Counted from the stretch's first letter, positions 9,923-20,761 are shown. The stretch is 64,000 nucleotides of DNA from Candidatus Poribacteria bacterium (GCA_965218095.1 OZ244587.1:4864001-4928000), one strand, 5' to 3'. Numbers and translations are program-made. The notes: generated by a model from the letters alone, not told the origin.

Positions 9923-10908
9923 ATGAGCTACGATAAAGCAGCAGTACAGGCAGTGTTGGATAAGGTGCGGGCTGAAGGGCGCACGTCCCTCACCGCCCCG
10001 GAAAGTAAGCAGATCTGTGAGGCGTACGGGATTCCGACGCCTCAGGCAGGGCTGGCCACCTCAACGGAAGAAGCTGTGCACTTGGCAGAGGAGATTAGCT
10101 ATCCGGTGGTATTGAAGATTGCATCCACCGACATCCTCCATAAAACCGAAGCCAGGGGTGTTCTCACCAGCCTGACCAGCGCCGCTGACGTGGAGTAGGG
10201 ATACCGCGCCATTCTCGACAATGCCAGAGCTTACAAAGCAGACGCCGATGTCCTTGGCGTTCAGGTACAACAGATGCTTCCTGCTGCGCAAGAAGTCATC
10301 GTCGGTGCGACCACCGATCTGAGCTTTGGCAAGCTAGTGGCGTTTGGGCTTGGCGGTGTGCTAGTGGAAGTTTTGCAGGATGTCACCTTCCGCCTTACCC
10401 CCACGACGCGCTAGCCGGGCTCATCGAAAACGTCTCTCATCTGGTAAGCGACTTCCCGGAAATCAGCGAGATTGACCTCAATCCGGTCTTTGCCAGCAGC
10501 GAGGGTGCCACGGTGGTGGACGTGCGCATCATGGTGGACCTCTCACCAGCTCCGCTCCGCTATCGCCCCTCGCATGAGGAGATTCTGCGGGCAATGCGGC
10601 GCATCATGCAGCCGGACGCCGTAGCCGTAATTGGGGCTTCGCCGGATGACGGCAAAATCGGCAATTCGGTGATGAAAAACCTGATCAACGGCGGCTACCA
10701 AGGCGCGATTTATCCTGTCCATCCCCGCGCTGAGCAGATTCTCGGCAAGCAGTGCTACAACAGTGTGCTGGACATCCCAGGGGAGGTCGAGGACGCCTGC
10801 TGTCACCTGATGAAGCACAATATTCTGGCTTACCCTTACACCACGGAGAAGCTGGTCGCCGTGCTTGGCGCCAAATACCGATGGGCACGCTTTGCTGAGC
10901 TGCTGTAA
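9923..10908 (+). pseudogene. ADP-forming acyl-CoA synthetase (acetate-CoA ligase) remnant
   Basis: ATP-grasp motifs YPVVLKI..HKTE, FGKLVAFGLGG, EIDLNPV and CoA-binding VAVIGAS..GKIG; in-frame TAG at 10196, frame break near 10412, large internal deletion. Confidence 0.85.
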
Positions 10909-11126
10909 CGCCGTCGCTGGAGGACCACTACTGGGGGAAGGGCAATGGCACTGAACCTACATATCAATGCATCTATCGGCGGGCAGGTTTCGGCGCTTGC
11001 CTGTTCCGGCTTTGGCGTTTTGTGGATAACCCGATCCATACGGTTGGTGGAGGACCGCGTGATGAAGGGCAACGCGTCGAAGTGTACAATCCCTTGACAG
11101 ACGCTTGGACTCAGAACCGGAAATTA

Positions 11127-11184
11127 TACCAATTCTGAATAATAACTTCGCATTATAATGAGACATTTTCATTCAGAAACGGTA
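11127..11184. mobile_element. Minimal 58-bp MITE of the same family as 7233
   Basis: TACCAATTCTGAAT...ATTCAGAAACGGTA with TTA on both flanks. Confidence 0.65.
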
Positions 11185-11211
11185 TTACATCAATTTGTTA
11201 GGAGGCAGCAC

Positions 11212-11831
11212 ATGTTAAGTCAATCGCTTTACCGACCCGCGACGACTACCCACAACGGCGCCGTAGATACAACCGAAGTCGAATCTTGGCAGCGGGGGGA
11301 GCGTGTGATCGCTCACCTGTCGCAGCGACGCGCCCGCTACCCGTCCGTCACGTGGTGCACCGATGGCAGCCGCTAATCCTGTTCACGCGTCAGAGCCAAC
11401 AACAGGAACAGGCCGGCACGGGCGACCTGTGCGTTTTGCGACGCACCACAGATGATCAGTGGTGGCACGTGCCGCAAGTCGTTCACCGTGGCGACAAAAC
11501 AGAACCACGTGCCTACGGCACAATGACAACACTCACTTCTGGCCGCATTATCGCGCCCTTTTTTGAAGCCGGGGCCAGGGGCCCCGGCTTCAAGCTACTG
11601 GCCAGCGACGACAACGGCAATAGCTGGCGTGTGCAGGGCCCCGTCGCGGTCGATACACTGGTTTGGGCAGCGCCATACAGCCGGCCATTCGAACTTGCCG
11701 GCGAGCTGGTGATGCCAGTCTTTGGCGCGCTGAGCAATCAAAACCTGAAAAACACCCGACTGTGCAGCGGTCTGCTTCGATCGACGGCGCGACCTGGGGC
11801 GGCTGGTCGCAGATCGCGTCCCCACCCTTGA
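11212..11831 (+). pseudogene. Sialidase/BNR Asp-box protein remnant
   Basis: SD AGGAGG + ATG 11212; frameshift near 11372; Asp-box SDDNGNSW; truncated. Confidence 0.6.
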
Positions 11832-11871
11832 ATGGGTGTTTATGAATGATCCGGGCTCGACCGAACCACGC

Positions 11872-12249
11872 TCATTTGACCACAAGCGTTTTGCGCGTCG
11901 CACTGAAGTCACCCGCTGCCAAGGTATAAAGATAGAGACCACTCGCCACGAAGTCCCCCACTTCATTTCTGCCATCCCAATACGCTGCACGACTCTGACT
12001 TTGATACACCCCTGCACGCTGATGACCCAACGCCAACGTCCGAACCAATCGCCCATTCACAGTGTATATCCTCACCGTTACAGCCGCATCCTTCGCCAAC
12101 TGATACGGAATCCACGTCTCTGGATTGAACGGATTGGGATAGTTGGGGAGCAAGAACGTCTCGCTGGGGGGCGCTGCCGCCTCTCCACTCTCAGGCGCGC
12201 GCTGAACATCAATGGTATTCCCAACAGCTGGGACATCAATATTGACGCC
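11872..12249 (-). pseudogene. Orphan C-terminal sorting/FlgD-Ig-like domain of a secreted protein
   Basis: LLPNYPNPFNPETWIPYQLA...AAYWDGRNEVG..VASGLYLY; no start or signal peptide; 5' end abuts the palindrome at 12251. Confidence 0.7.
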
Positions 12250-12250
12250 A

Positions 12251-12278
12251 GCGAAGGTTTAGAACCTTCGCAAGGTTT
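12251..12278. repeat. REP-like palindrome, copy 2
   Basis: GCGAAGGTTTAGAACCTTCGCAAGGTTT. Confidence 0.7.
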
Positions 12279-12373
12279 TTGTGTACAGAATCCCCATCAA
12301 GACACAAGAAAAACAGAATCGAGCGAACCTTTGTCTCCTGAGATCCGCCTTGTAGCGTGAAGAGGTCGTAATA

Positions 12374-13882
12374 ATGAGTCGAATCCCAGACAGAGAACTG
12401 ATTAAACAGAGTATTGGTGGTGATAGCCAGGCTTTCGCGACCCTGATAAAGCGCGTTGAGACGCCACTGGTGAGGCTTGTCAGGTCTGAAATCCCTGATC
12501 CTGTATATGCCGAAGATGTCTTACAGGAAGTATTGTTGGATGTGTGGCAAGGTTTGAAGGGTCCTCGGGATTGGGACAGGTGGGCTGCATGGGTCATGCA
12601 GATTGCTCGAAACCGATGTCGTGATTTCTTTCGGTCAGCTCAGCGTCGAGAGGCGCCTATGGTGAATAGTGATCTCGAGCCCATCCTCAATAGACGAAGA
12701 AAACACGGTAGCTTTGAGACCAACTTGCTTGGTATCGTACTCCATACTCTGTCCGAAGCGCCGCCAGATCATGCCGAAGCCGCTCACTTATTCTATCTCG
12801 AAGGTTTGACCATCAGACAAATTGCGGCACAGTTGGGAAGGCCGGAGGGAACCATCAAGCGATGGCTTTTCCACGCCCGTAGTTTTGTCAGGAACCGCCT
12901 CGGATTGAGGCAAATGAGAATCGAAAGGAGGAGGACTATGACTTCCAAAGCATATGAACGCGAATACTACCAACGTGAAGCCCTTCGCCAGATCGCCGCC
13001 TGTCGTGAAGACGGCGCCGCGTCGCTCCACCTGCGAAATCCTGTTAGGTCGAAAGAACTCCCCAGTAAGTTGTGGATGCTGACTCAGTTGAAAAATCTCA
13101 GCTTGGATTGGAATGGGCTTGAGAACCTCCCAGAGGAGATTGGGCGATTGAAGAACCTGGAGGATCTTTCTTTAGAGAGTAACCAACTCAAGCAGTTGCC
13201 GAGCGAGATTGTATCGCTGTCACGCCTGCGATATCTGGAAGTGACTGGTAGCCAACTGGCGGAATTGCCAGCGGATGTTAGCCGTCTCGGTGCATTGCGG
13301 ACAATTATTCTCCACCGCAATCAACTTCGGGAATTGCCCGCCAGCTTCGGGGAATTGAACCGTCTTGAAATCGCTGAGCTGGACCTCAACCGGTTGGAGA
13401 GACTGCCAGAAGACCTCAGTGGTTTGACGAATCTCCGCGTGCTAACCCTTTCATACAACCGGCTTTCGGCGTTACCCAAAGCACTAGGTGAACTCCCTGC
13501 CATGGAAGAATTGTATGTTGAGGTGAACCAGTTAAATGAGTTGCCCGACGAGATCGGCAATCTTGAGAACCTTGAGACGCTGGCAATAGGAGAAAATCAA
13601 ATCCATGCGATCCCATCGACGATAGGTCGTTTGTTAAAACTGCAAGAGCTTGTCGTAGGATCTAATCAACTCACGGAAATTCCGCGAGAAATCGAGCAAC
13701 TTACAGAATTACGGGAGCTGGTGTTGAGCAAAAACCAGTTGACTTCCCTCCCAAAAAAACTTGCTGATTTGCCAAACTTGCAGGTTGTAAGACTCCATGA
13801 CAATCCCCTCCCTGACCGGTTGATTCAAGCAGCGGAAAACGGGATTGATGGGTTCCGTCGGGGGCTCGCGGAGGTCACATAG
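12374..13882 (+). CDS. ECF sigma-70 factor fused to a leucine-rich repeat domain
   Basis: Region 2 (AEDVLQEVLL..W...WVMQIARNRCRD), region 4 (FYLEGLTIRQIAAQLGRPEGTIKRWLFHAR), then 11 LRRs of 23 aa. Confidence 0.9.
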   Translation: MSRIPDRELIKQSIGGDSQAFATLIKRVETPLVRLVRSEIPDPVYAEDVLQEVLLDVWQGLKGPRDWDRWAAWVMQIARNRCRDFFRSAQRREAPMVNSDLEPILNRRRKHGSFETNLLGIVLHTLSEAPPDHAEAAHLFYLEGLTIRQIAAQLGRPEGTIKRWLFHARSFVRNRLGLRQMRIERRRTMTSKAYEREYYQREALRQIAACREDGAASLHLRNPVRSKELPSKLWMLTQLKNLSLDWNGLENLPEEIGRLKNLEDLSLESNQLKQLPSEIVSLSRLRYLEVTGSQLAELPADVSRLGALRTIILHRNQLRELPASFGELNRLEIAELDLNRLERLPEDLSGLTNLRVLTLSYNRLSALPKALGELPAMEELYVEVNQLNELPDEIGNLENLETLAIGENQIHAIPSTIGRLLKLQELVVGSNQLTEIPREIEQLTELRELVLSKNQLTSLPKKLADLPNLQVVRLHDNPLPDRLIQAAENGIDGFRRGLAEVT

Positions 13883-13902
13883 CAAGGTTAACAAATCCAA
13901 TT

Positions 13903-13953
13903 TTATTCAGAATATCGTTTGACGAGCGCACTCGTATCGGCGTAATAAATCAC
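13903..13953 (-). pseudogene. vapC: VapC/PIN toxin 5' stub
   Basis: SD GAGGTG + GTG gives MIYYADTSALVKRYSE*, a typical PIN start cut after 16 aa. Confidence 0.6.
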
Positions 13954-13961
13954 CGTTCACC

Positions 13962-14249
13962 TCAATCTTCGATAATCATCTCCGAAGTTAGTTTTCCCTT
14001 TGCAGGCAATGGATTGAAATCCGGGAGTGGCAATTCCTCTTGTTCAGAGACTTCATTAATGAAGATCTCGGAGAGGGCGCCGCGTTTTGCGATTTGCGCT
14101 AAGATGTCTGCCACCTTTTTGCTCTTAGCGGAAACGTATTCCTCCGAAACGAGGATGACTTTGAACTTTTTGCCTTCTTTATCTTCACTTAGGCGCCGAT
14201 CAAGGAAAAGCGCACCATCTTTATAGGTTGCTTCTAAAACGAGTTGCAT
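13962..14249 (-). CDS. Putative antitoxin (DUF104/AF2212-like)
   Basis: LEATYKDGAL N-terminus, GKLTSEMIIED C-terminus, directly upstream of the PIN stub. Confidence 0.6.
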   Translation of the reverse strand: MQLVLEATYKDGALFLDRRLSEDKEGKKFKVILVSEEYVSAKSKKVADILAQIAKRGALSEIFINEVSEQEELPLPDFNPLPAKGKLTSEMIIED

Positions 14250-14399
14250 CGCTGACTCCTTTTCGTTATTTCAGGATTCACCGGCAGGCAAATTGGAGAT
14301 TGCCGCCAACGATTGTATCCTCCATACAACCGGTTTGTTAATTCAAATCAGCCTCAAAAAATGGTGCATCACCATGAGACAAGATACGATTGGGTTCAC

Positions 14400-14913
14400 A
14401 ATCTATATCGATGTGGAGGCGTTTCGGGTGCTCGCCGCCGGGACGTATGTGCGAATCTATCCCTGTCTCTACGGATGGCCGTCGCGCTACAACCCCATTT
14501 CTCCTGCCATGGCTCGGGAATTGGCTGCCAACTACTGGCGCCAGGGCGCTGACGGGATTTACCTATTCAACTGGTTTCTCCATGAGCTGAAGCATCGTTA
14601 TCAGATTGATCTGATGCAGAAGATTGGTGACCCTTCGACGCTGACGGGGCGGGAGATGACCTTCGCGGCAGACTGTGGCTTTGAAGACAGACCGGATGAC
14701 TACGATCCCAACAACTGGCGGTTTGCCTCGCTCTCGGCGGAGCTCTGGCCGACGCAGACCGAGACACCGTTACGGGTACCTTTGATGATTGGCGCTCAAC
14801 CTTCGGGACAGGTTCGTCTGCGCGTGGAAGTGACCAATCTGGGCGATCGCGATTTCAGGGTAGTAGTCAACGACCACCTGCTTGGGAGACTCACTCGAGA
14901 GAAGGACGACTAG
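14400..14913 (+). pseudogene. C-terminal fragment of a glycoside hydrolase-like (GHL10-type) TIM-barrel protein
   Basis: AANYWRQGADGIYLFNWF motif; N-terminus absent. Confidence 0.5.
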
Positions 14914-15104
14914 TGGACTGTAGACATACAGGCTGATGTCTTGACCCAGGGTCAACTGGATCAACCTGTCCTTGCAGAAGGCGGATTCTATCCTTTCACT
15001 CCCCAAGGTGCAGTCCGTTTAGTTGCATAGTTGCAGGAGGTTCATAAGGGCGTATGCAAATCATCTTGACTGTCCACATTCACGCTTTACCAGTGGGCAG
15101 ACTT

Positions 15105-16100
15105 TCAGGTCAGGTTCCAGCGTGGTTTCACTTCGGGGTTGACATAGGAACGCGGCCAGCGCCCCTGCGCTAAATCAATCGCGGTCTCCACAGAAAGACG
15201 CCAGCTATTTGGCAGATACTCATCCGAATAGCCGGCGATGTGCGGCGTAATCACGACGTTATCAAGTTGCAGCAGCAGGTTGTCCGGCGGGATCGGTTCC
15301 TGCTCAAGTACATCCAACCCGGCAGCGCCAATCCAGCCCTCGGTCAAAGCACGCAGCAGCGCGGCTTCGTCGATAACCGACCCCCGAGCCGTATTGATTA
15401 GGATCGCCTCGGGCTTCATCTGCCGCAGCTCGTGTTCACCGATGAGGTGATGGGTTTCCTTGGTCAACGGGCAGTGTATCGAAACAAAATCAGATTGGGA
15501 CAACACCTCGTCCAGGCGCGTGAGGCGGCCCCCTAGACGTTCCGCCGCTTCGCTGCTGACATAGGGGTCGTATGCCAAAATCGTCAAGTCGAAGCCGTTC
15601 AGCTTGCGGGCGACGGCCTGCGAGATACGTCCAAAACCGACTAACCCCAAGGTTTGTCCGCGCAAAAGCAAACGCGGCATAGCCAAGTCGCGATCCCAGA
15701 CGCCGCGTCGCACGGCGCGATCTTGAAGCGGGATGTGCCGTATAACGGCGAACAGCAAGCCGATAGCGTGTTCGGCGACTGCGTCGGTGAGCGCGTCCGG
15801 TGTGTTAGCAACCACGATGCCTAATCGGGTCGCCTCCTCGATCGGGATGTTGTCGGTGCCGCTGCCAGTACGAATGATAGCGCCGCAATTCGGGATGACA
15901 TCAAGGTTTTCGGCGTATAGCACTTGGTGGGAGCCAAGTACCCAGACCACGTCCGCATCGCCCGCCATCTCCGCTAAATCCTGGCGCGTCAAACATTCTT
16001 TGACAGCGAATTCGATGCCTTCATCCGCTAGCTTTTTCGGTGCCCAATCGGGGACAATTTGCTGGTCCAAGCTGATGAGTGCAACTTTGAAACGCTTCAT
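15105..16100 (-). CDS. D-isomer-specific 2-hydroxyacid dehydrogenase (CtBP-like)
   Basis: GLVGFGRI, INTARG, GLDVLEQEP, TPHIAG; SD AAAGGAG before MKRFK. Confidence 0.9.
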   Translation of the reverse strand: MKRFKVALISLDQQIVPDWAPKKLADEGIEFAVKECLTRQDLAEMAGDADVVWVLGSHQVLYAENLDVIPNCGAIIRTGSGTDNIPIEEATRLGIVVANTPDALTDAVAEHAIGLLFAVIRHIPLQDRAVRRGVWDRDLAMPRLLLRGQTLGLVGFGRISQAVARKLNGFDLTILAYDPYVSSEAAERLGGRLTRLDEVLSQSDFVSIHCPLTKETHHLIGEHELRQMKPEAILINTARGSVIDEAALLRALTEGWIGAAGLDVLEQEPIPPDNLLLQLDNVVITPHIAGYSDEYLPNSWRLSVETAIDLAQGRWPRSYVNPEVKPRWNLT

Positions 16101-16370
16101 GTTATCACTCCTTTCACAGATTCCTGCATCGTTAAACATCAAACCATTTTCTCACGGTACGCGACGCGCTCTCGACAGCTCCTTAATTCGTCAAAACTCA
16201 ATTAACAGCGTACTACCTCATCTCCAGATTGGAGAACCCAATGCACATTGTCCCCCAGGTTGCCACTGCTTGGCGACGGGAGAACGCACAGCGCGGTGTC
16301 CAAGTTTCGCGTTCAATTCTGCGAAGATCTCCGGTCGGATGTCGCCGACAACCTTCACCACAAAACCTTC

Positions 16371-16399
16371 TTGACAATTGATTGCTATCGTACTATACT
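16371..16399 (+). promoter_or_regulatory. sigma70-type promoter
   Basis: TTGACA-17 bp-TATACT upstream of the epimerase. Confidence 0.6.
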
Positions 16400-16496
16400 T
16401 AGCCATAAATGTCAACCTGTGAATTAACGAGTCGGCGAAACGTCTAGCGCGCAGCGTGATATTTCTCAATTTCCTCACACCGCACGCGTCAACGTT

Positions 16497-17510
16497 ATGA
16501 ATATCGAGCATAAAGTCACAGACCTTCAACTTGTCCACCCTTTCAAGATAGCCCGGCGATCCGTTGATGCGTACCGTCAAGTGATCTCTGTCGAGATTGA
16601 TGGCGGGATTGGGGAGACGGCGCCAGCGCGATTCTACGGCGAAACCGTCGAAACCGTTCAGGCAGCCTTTGAAATTTTAGATTCAGCCTTTGATGGGGAC
16701 CTCGACGCTATTCAGTCCGTGATGGCCCAACTTGAAGCCACTCTGGGTGGCGCCTATGCCGCAAAATCCGCAATTGACATGGCCCTACATGACCGCCTTG
16801 GAAAAGCGTTGGGGGCGCCGCTTTACCGTCTGTGGGGACTCGATCCAAAGGCGACGCCCCTCACGACCTTCACGATTGGGCTTGATGAACCGGAAATCAT
16901 GCAGCAGAAAGTGTGCGATGCGGAGGCGTATCCCCTCCTCAAGGTCAAGCTCGGCACGCTCCGAGATATTGAGATTATTCGCGCCCTCCGTGAAGTCACA
17001 GATAAGCCAATCTATGTGGATGCCAACACGGCGTGGACGCCCAAGGAAGCGGTGCGTAAAATTCGTGAGCTCGTTCCTTATGGGGTTGAGCTCATCGAGC
17101 AGCCAACGAAACCGAACGATCTGGAAGGATTGAAGTTTGTCCGCGAGCACTCCGCCCTCCCGATTATCGCTGATGAAAGCGTCAAACGTGCCGCCGATAT
17201 ACCTGCACTTGTCGGCTGTGTTGACGGGATCAACATCAAGCTGGTCAAATGTGGTGGTTTGCTCGAAGCGATGCGAATCATCCACATCGCACGGGCACAC
17301 GGGCTTCAAGTGATGATCGGCTGCATGATCGAAAGTTCGCTGGGTATTACAGCGGCGGCACATCTCACACCGCTCGTGGATTACGCAGATCTGGATGGAC
17401 ATTTGCTAATTGCGAATGATCCCTATGCCGGTGTAACGCTTGAGGCGGGTAAGCTCATCCTCCCCGATCGGCCTGGAGTTGGGGTTATTCCAGTTGAAGA
17501 TGCAATTTAA
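16497..17510 (+). CDS. L-Ala-D/L-Glu dipeptide epimerase (enolase superfamily)
   Basis: KVKLG, VDAN, IEQP, ADES, NIKL, GCMIES, DLDG. Confidence 0.9.
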   Translation: MNIEHKVTDLQLVHPFKIARRSVDAYRQVISVEIDGGIGETAPARFYGETVETVQAAFEILDSAFDGDLDAIQSVMAQLEATLGGAYAAKSAIDMALHDRLGKALGAPLYRLWGLDPKATPLTTFTIGLDEPEIMQQKVCDAEAYPLLKVKLGTLRDIEIIRALREVTDKPIYVDANTAWTPKEAVRKIRELVPYGVELIEQPTKPNDLEGLKFVREHSALPIIADESVKRAADIPALVGCVDGINIKLVKCGGLLEAMRIIHIARAHGLQVMIGCMIESSLGITAAAHLTPLVDYADLDGHLLIANDPYAGVTLEAGKLILPDRPGVGVIPVEDAI

Positions 17511-17514
17511 AACC

Positions 17515-18039
17515 ATGAATCCCCATCCGCAGTTAGATTACTATTTTATCATCCCTCATGTCGCTGAACCGATGGTTTTGATACTGTCGAAAAGTAACAA
17601 GTGATCTCTACCCCATTGGTTCCCTGCTAATCGCAGTGGAGATTGGGCGGCGCCAGTCAACTCAGAGTTGCAAGATCGATTCGGTAATCAGTGTCACAAT
17701 TCTGCACTGGGAACCCTATAACGACTTCAATTTCTTCAGCCTGACGCGCTTTTTGACGCATTTTTCCACGTACCTGAGTAAACATGCTCTCTGGAGTATC
17801 CCTAATTTTTCTGTACGTCTGCGTAATGCATATCTCGAATCCTGGACGATCTACGCTCCCATGGAGCACAGGTATTTGAGTTGTCACAACCGCTGGCAAT
17901 GCTCGAACACGCGTTTAATTACCACAATCTCCCTTTTATGCGAACAGGAATCCGATAGGAGCGCACCGGGGCAGTTGAATTCTATTTAAATCTGCTTCGC
18001 CGCTACAAGGATTTCCTCCCAAAAGTCAAGGTTAAGTAG
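17515..18039 (+). pseudogene. Highly degraded gene remnant, possibly phosphotransferase-family
   Basis: Protein-like fragments in several frames (IIPHVAEPMVLIL; LRNAYLESWT; AVEFYL) broken by stops; family call is weak. Confidence 0.25.
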
Positions 18040-18150
18040 GAACTGTGGTAGAGAAGCCATATGATATGCTTTCGCCCTCAACGCTCATTTTTTGGATAGG
18101 GAAGACAGCTTGCCTTTCAATATTCAATCAACATCTTGTAGGAGAATTTC

Positions 18151-19740
18151 GTGAACCAAGACCGCTTATTGAGAGACCATAAAATCCAAAACGTCAAAAA
18201 TGTATATTGGAATTTATCAACGCCGGCCCTTTACGAAGAAGCCCTCAAGCGAGGTGAAGGGCAAGTCGCCCAATTCGGCCCCTTCATCGTCGAAACAGGG
18301 CGTCATACAGGACGTTCGCCCAACGACAAGTTTATTGTCGAAGAATCGTCAAGTCGGGGCAAAATTTGGTGGGGAAAAGTCAATCGACCGATTGCCGAAA
18401 GTCAATTCAACCTTTTGAAGCAGCAGATACGCGCTTACCTCCAGGGCAGGGAGGTGTTTGTCCAGGATTGTTACGCCGGCGCGGACCCGCAGTATCGTAT
18501 ATCGGTTCGTGTCATCAACGAGTATGCGTGGCACAATCTGTTTATCCAAAGTCTCCTCATCCCGATGGATAGCCAGAAATTGCCGGAAGACCACACGCCT
18601 GACTTTACCATCATCGATCTGCCGAACCTTCATGCTAACCCAGAATTACACGGGACTAACTCAGAGACTTTTATTCTTGTGAATTTTAAGCAGAATCTGG
18701 TGCTCATCGGTGGAACAAGGTACGCCGGAGAGATAAAGAAATCGGTTTTTACATACCTCAACTACCTGTTGCCGAGCAAAGACGTTTTGCCGATGCATTG
18801 TTCGGCGAATCTAGGTTCTGACGGAGACGTTGCACTGTTCTTTGGTCTATCGGGGACAGGGAAGACGACGCTCTCCTCCGCGCCGGGAAGACAACTCATT
18901 GGCGATGATGAACATGGCTGGAGTGACCAGGGCATCTTCAACTTTGAGGGGGGCTGTTACGCCAAAACGATTCGGCTCTCGAAGGAGGCGGAGCCTGAGA
19001 TTTACGCCTGCACGCACAAGTTTGGCACTGTCCTGGAAAACGTGATTCTCGATTCCGCGACGCGACAAATTGATCTTGATGATGACTCTTTAACCGAGAA
19101 CACACGCGCTGGCTACCCGATCACTCACCTCGACAACATCGTCCCGAACGGCGTCGGTGGACACCCGAAAAACCTCATCATGCTGACGTGTGATGCGTTC
19201 GGTGTGATGCCTCCCGTTGCGAACCTGACAACAGAACAGGCGATGTATCATTTCCTTTCGGGATATACCGCCAAGGTCGCCGGAACTGAACGTGGTCTGG
19301 GAGATGAACCCCAGGCAACCTTCAGCTACTGCTTCGGCGACCCATTCATGCCCTTAGATCCAGCCGTATATGCCAACATGCTCGGAGAGAATATCAATCA
19401 GCACCGTGTCAATTGCTGGCTGATTAATACGGGCTGGAGTGGCGGGGCTTATGGTGAGGGGGCGCGAATGGAAATTGCTTATACCCGTGCCATCGTTGAC
19501 GCAGTTTTGAAGGGGAAACTAGCAGGCGTCTCGACAGAACCGGATTCAATCTTTGGAATTCATGTGCCGACTGCCTGTGAAGGCGTGCCATCTGAAGTCC
19601 TCAAACCACGCAACACATGGAAGGATAGCACGGCTTATGACGCTCAAGCAGGGGAGCTTGCTAGGATGTTTGCGGAAAACTTTGAACAGTTCGCCGGCAG
19701 CGTCACAGAAGGGGTCCGAGCCGCGGGCCCTAAAATATGA
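18151..19740 (+). CDS. pckA: Phosphoenolpyruvate carboxykinase (ATP)
   Basis: TGRSPNDK, YAGEIKK, GLSGTGKTT, LIGDDEHGW, NFEGGCYAK. Confidence 0.97.
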   Translation: MNQDRLLRDHKIQNVKNVYWNLSTPALYEEALKRGEGQVAQFGPFIVETGRHTGRSPNDKFIVEESSSRGKIWWGKVNRPIAESQFNLLKQQIRAYLQGREVFVQDCYAGADPQYRISVRVINEYAWHNLFIQSLLIPMDSQKLPEDHTPDFTIIDLPNLHANPELHGTNSETFILVNFKQNLVLIGGTRYAGEIKKSVFTYLNYLLPSKDVLPMHCSANLGSDGDVALFFGLSGTGKTTLSSAPGRQLIGDDEHGWSDQGIFNFEGGCYAKTIRLSKEAEPEIYACTHKFGTVLENVILDSATRQIDLDDDSLTENTRAGYPITHLDNIVPNGVGGHPKNLIMLTCDAFGVMPPVANLTTEQAMYHFLSGYTAKVAGTERGLGDEPQATFSYCFGDPFMPLDPAVYANMLGENINQHRVNCWLINTGWSGGAYGEGARMEIAYTRAIVDAVLKGKLAGVSTEPDSIFGIHVPTACEGVPSEVLKPRNTWKDSTAYDAQAGELARMFAENFEQFAGSVTEGVRAAGPKI

Positions 19741-19791
19741 GACGGGAAACGAGAGAGGTAGTTCATTTATGTTTCGAGAAAGGATTTCAAA

Positions 19792-20502
19792 ATGGCTGAA
19801 AAGCGATTGATTATTGTCACCGGCGGCACTGGCGTATTGGGAACGGCTGTCACCGAAGCCTTCCTCAAAAAAGGCTATCAGGTCGCCATCCCTTACACTT
19901 CCGAACGCAGTATCGAACCATTTGAGCAGCAGCTTGGAGATCTAAAAGCACAGGTGATGCTGATTCCTGCAAACCTGACGGTCGAAGCTGAAGTTCAAAA
20001 TTTCGTCCAAACCGTGCTGGATAAATTCGGTCAGATCGACATTTTAGTGAATACTGTCGGTGGCTTTGTCGGGGGCATCCCAGTTGCGGAAATGGATGAG
20101 GAACGATGGAATTTCATGATGGACCTGAATCTGAAATCGATTTTTCTCTGCTGCAAAGCGGTTCTGCCGCACATGATTGAACGGAAGTATGGGAAAATTG
20201 TGAACACCTCTGCCCGTGCGGGTTTAAGTGGGGCTGCTGGACTTGGCGCCTATTCCGTCTCCAAAAGCGGTGTGCGGATTCTCACAGAATCGATTGCGGA
20301 GGAAGTTAAAGATCTGAGAATTAACGTCAACTCGCTTTTGGTGAGTATCATGGATACGCCCGCAAATCGCAAGGCAATGCCCAACGAAAATCGCTCCTGC
20401 TGGGTTTCGCCCGACGACATCGCCAAAGTCATCCTGTTCCTGACCTCCGATGACGCAGCAATCATCAACGGGGCGGCGATTCCCGTTTATGGGAGGGCAT
20501 AG
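19792..20502 (+). CDS. Short-chain dehydrogenase/reductase
   Basis: TGGTGVLG, YSVSK, MDTPANR. Confidence 0.9.
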   Translation: MAEKRLIIVTGGTGVLGTAVTEAFLKKGYQVAIPYTSERSIEPFEQQLGDLKAQVMLIPANLTVEAEVQNFVQTVLDKFGQIDILVNTVGGFVGGIPVAEMDEERWNFMMDLNLKSIFLCCKAVLPHMIERKYGKIVNTSARAGLSGAAGLGAYSVSKSGVRILTESIAEEVKDLRINVNSLLVSIMDTPANRKAMPNENRSCWVSPDDIAKVILFLTSDDAAIINGAAIPVYGRA

Positions 20503-20761
20503 TACACCGTAATATAAGAAAAAGTCTCTTATTACGTATTACGTTTGGGAATAAGTAGTTACTGGCTTAAATCAACCGCAGAGGCGCAGAGTTTTTTAAT
20601 TCTTCTCTGCGTTCTCCGCGTTAAATAAGCGTGTTACGACTTATTGCGAAATGTCAAGCCTTAATCTACTTATTACGTATTACGTTTTACGAGCCTCTTC
20701 TGACGCAGATTGTTGTACATGTCAAAACCAATGTTACAGAGTAGTTACGATAGGGGGAAAA

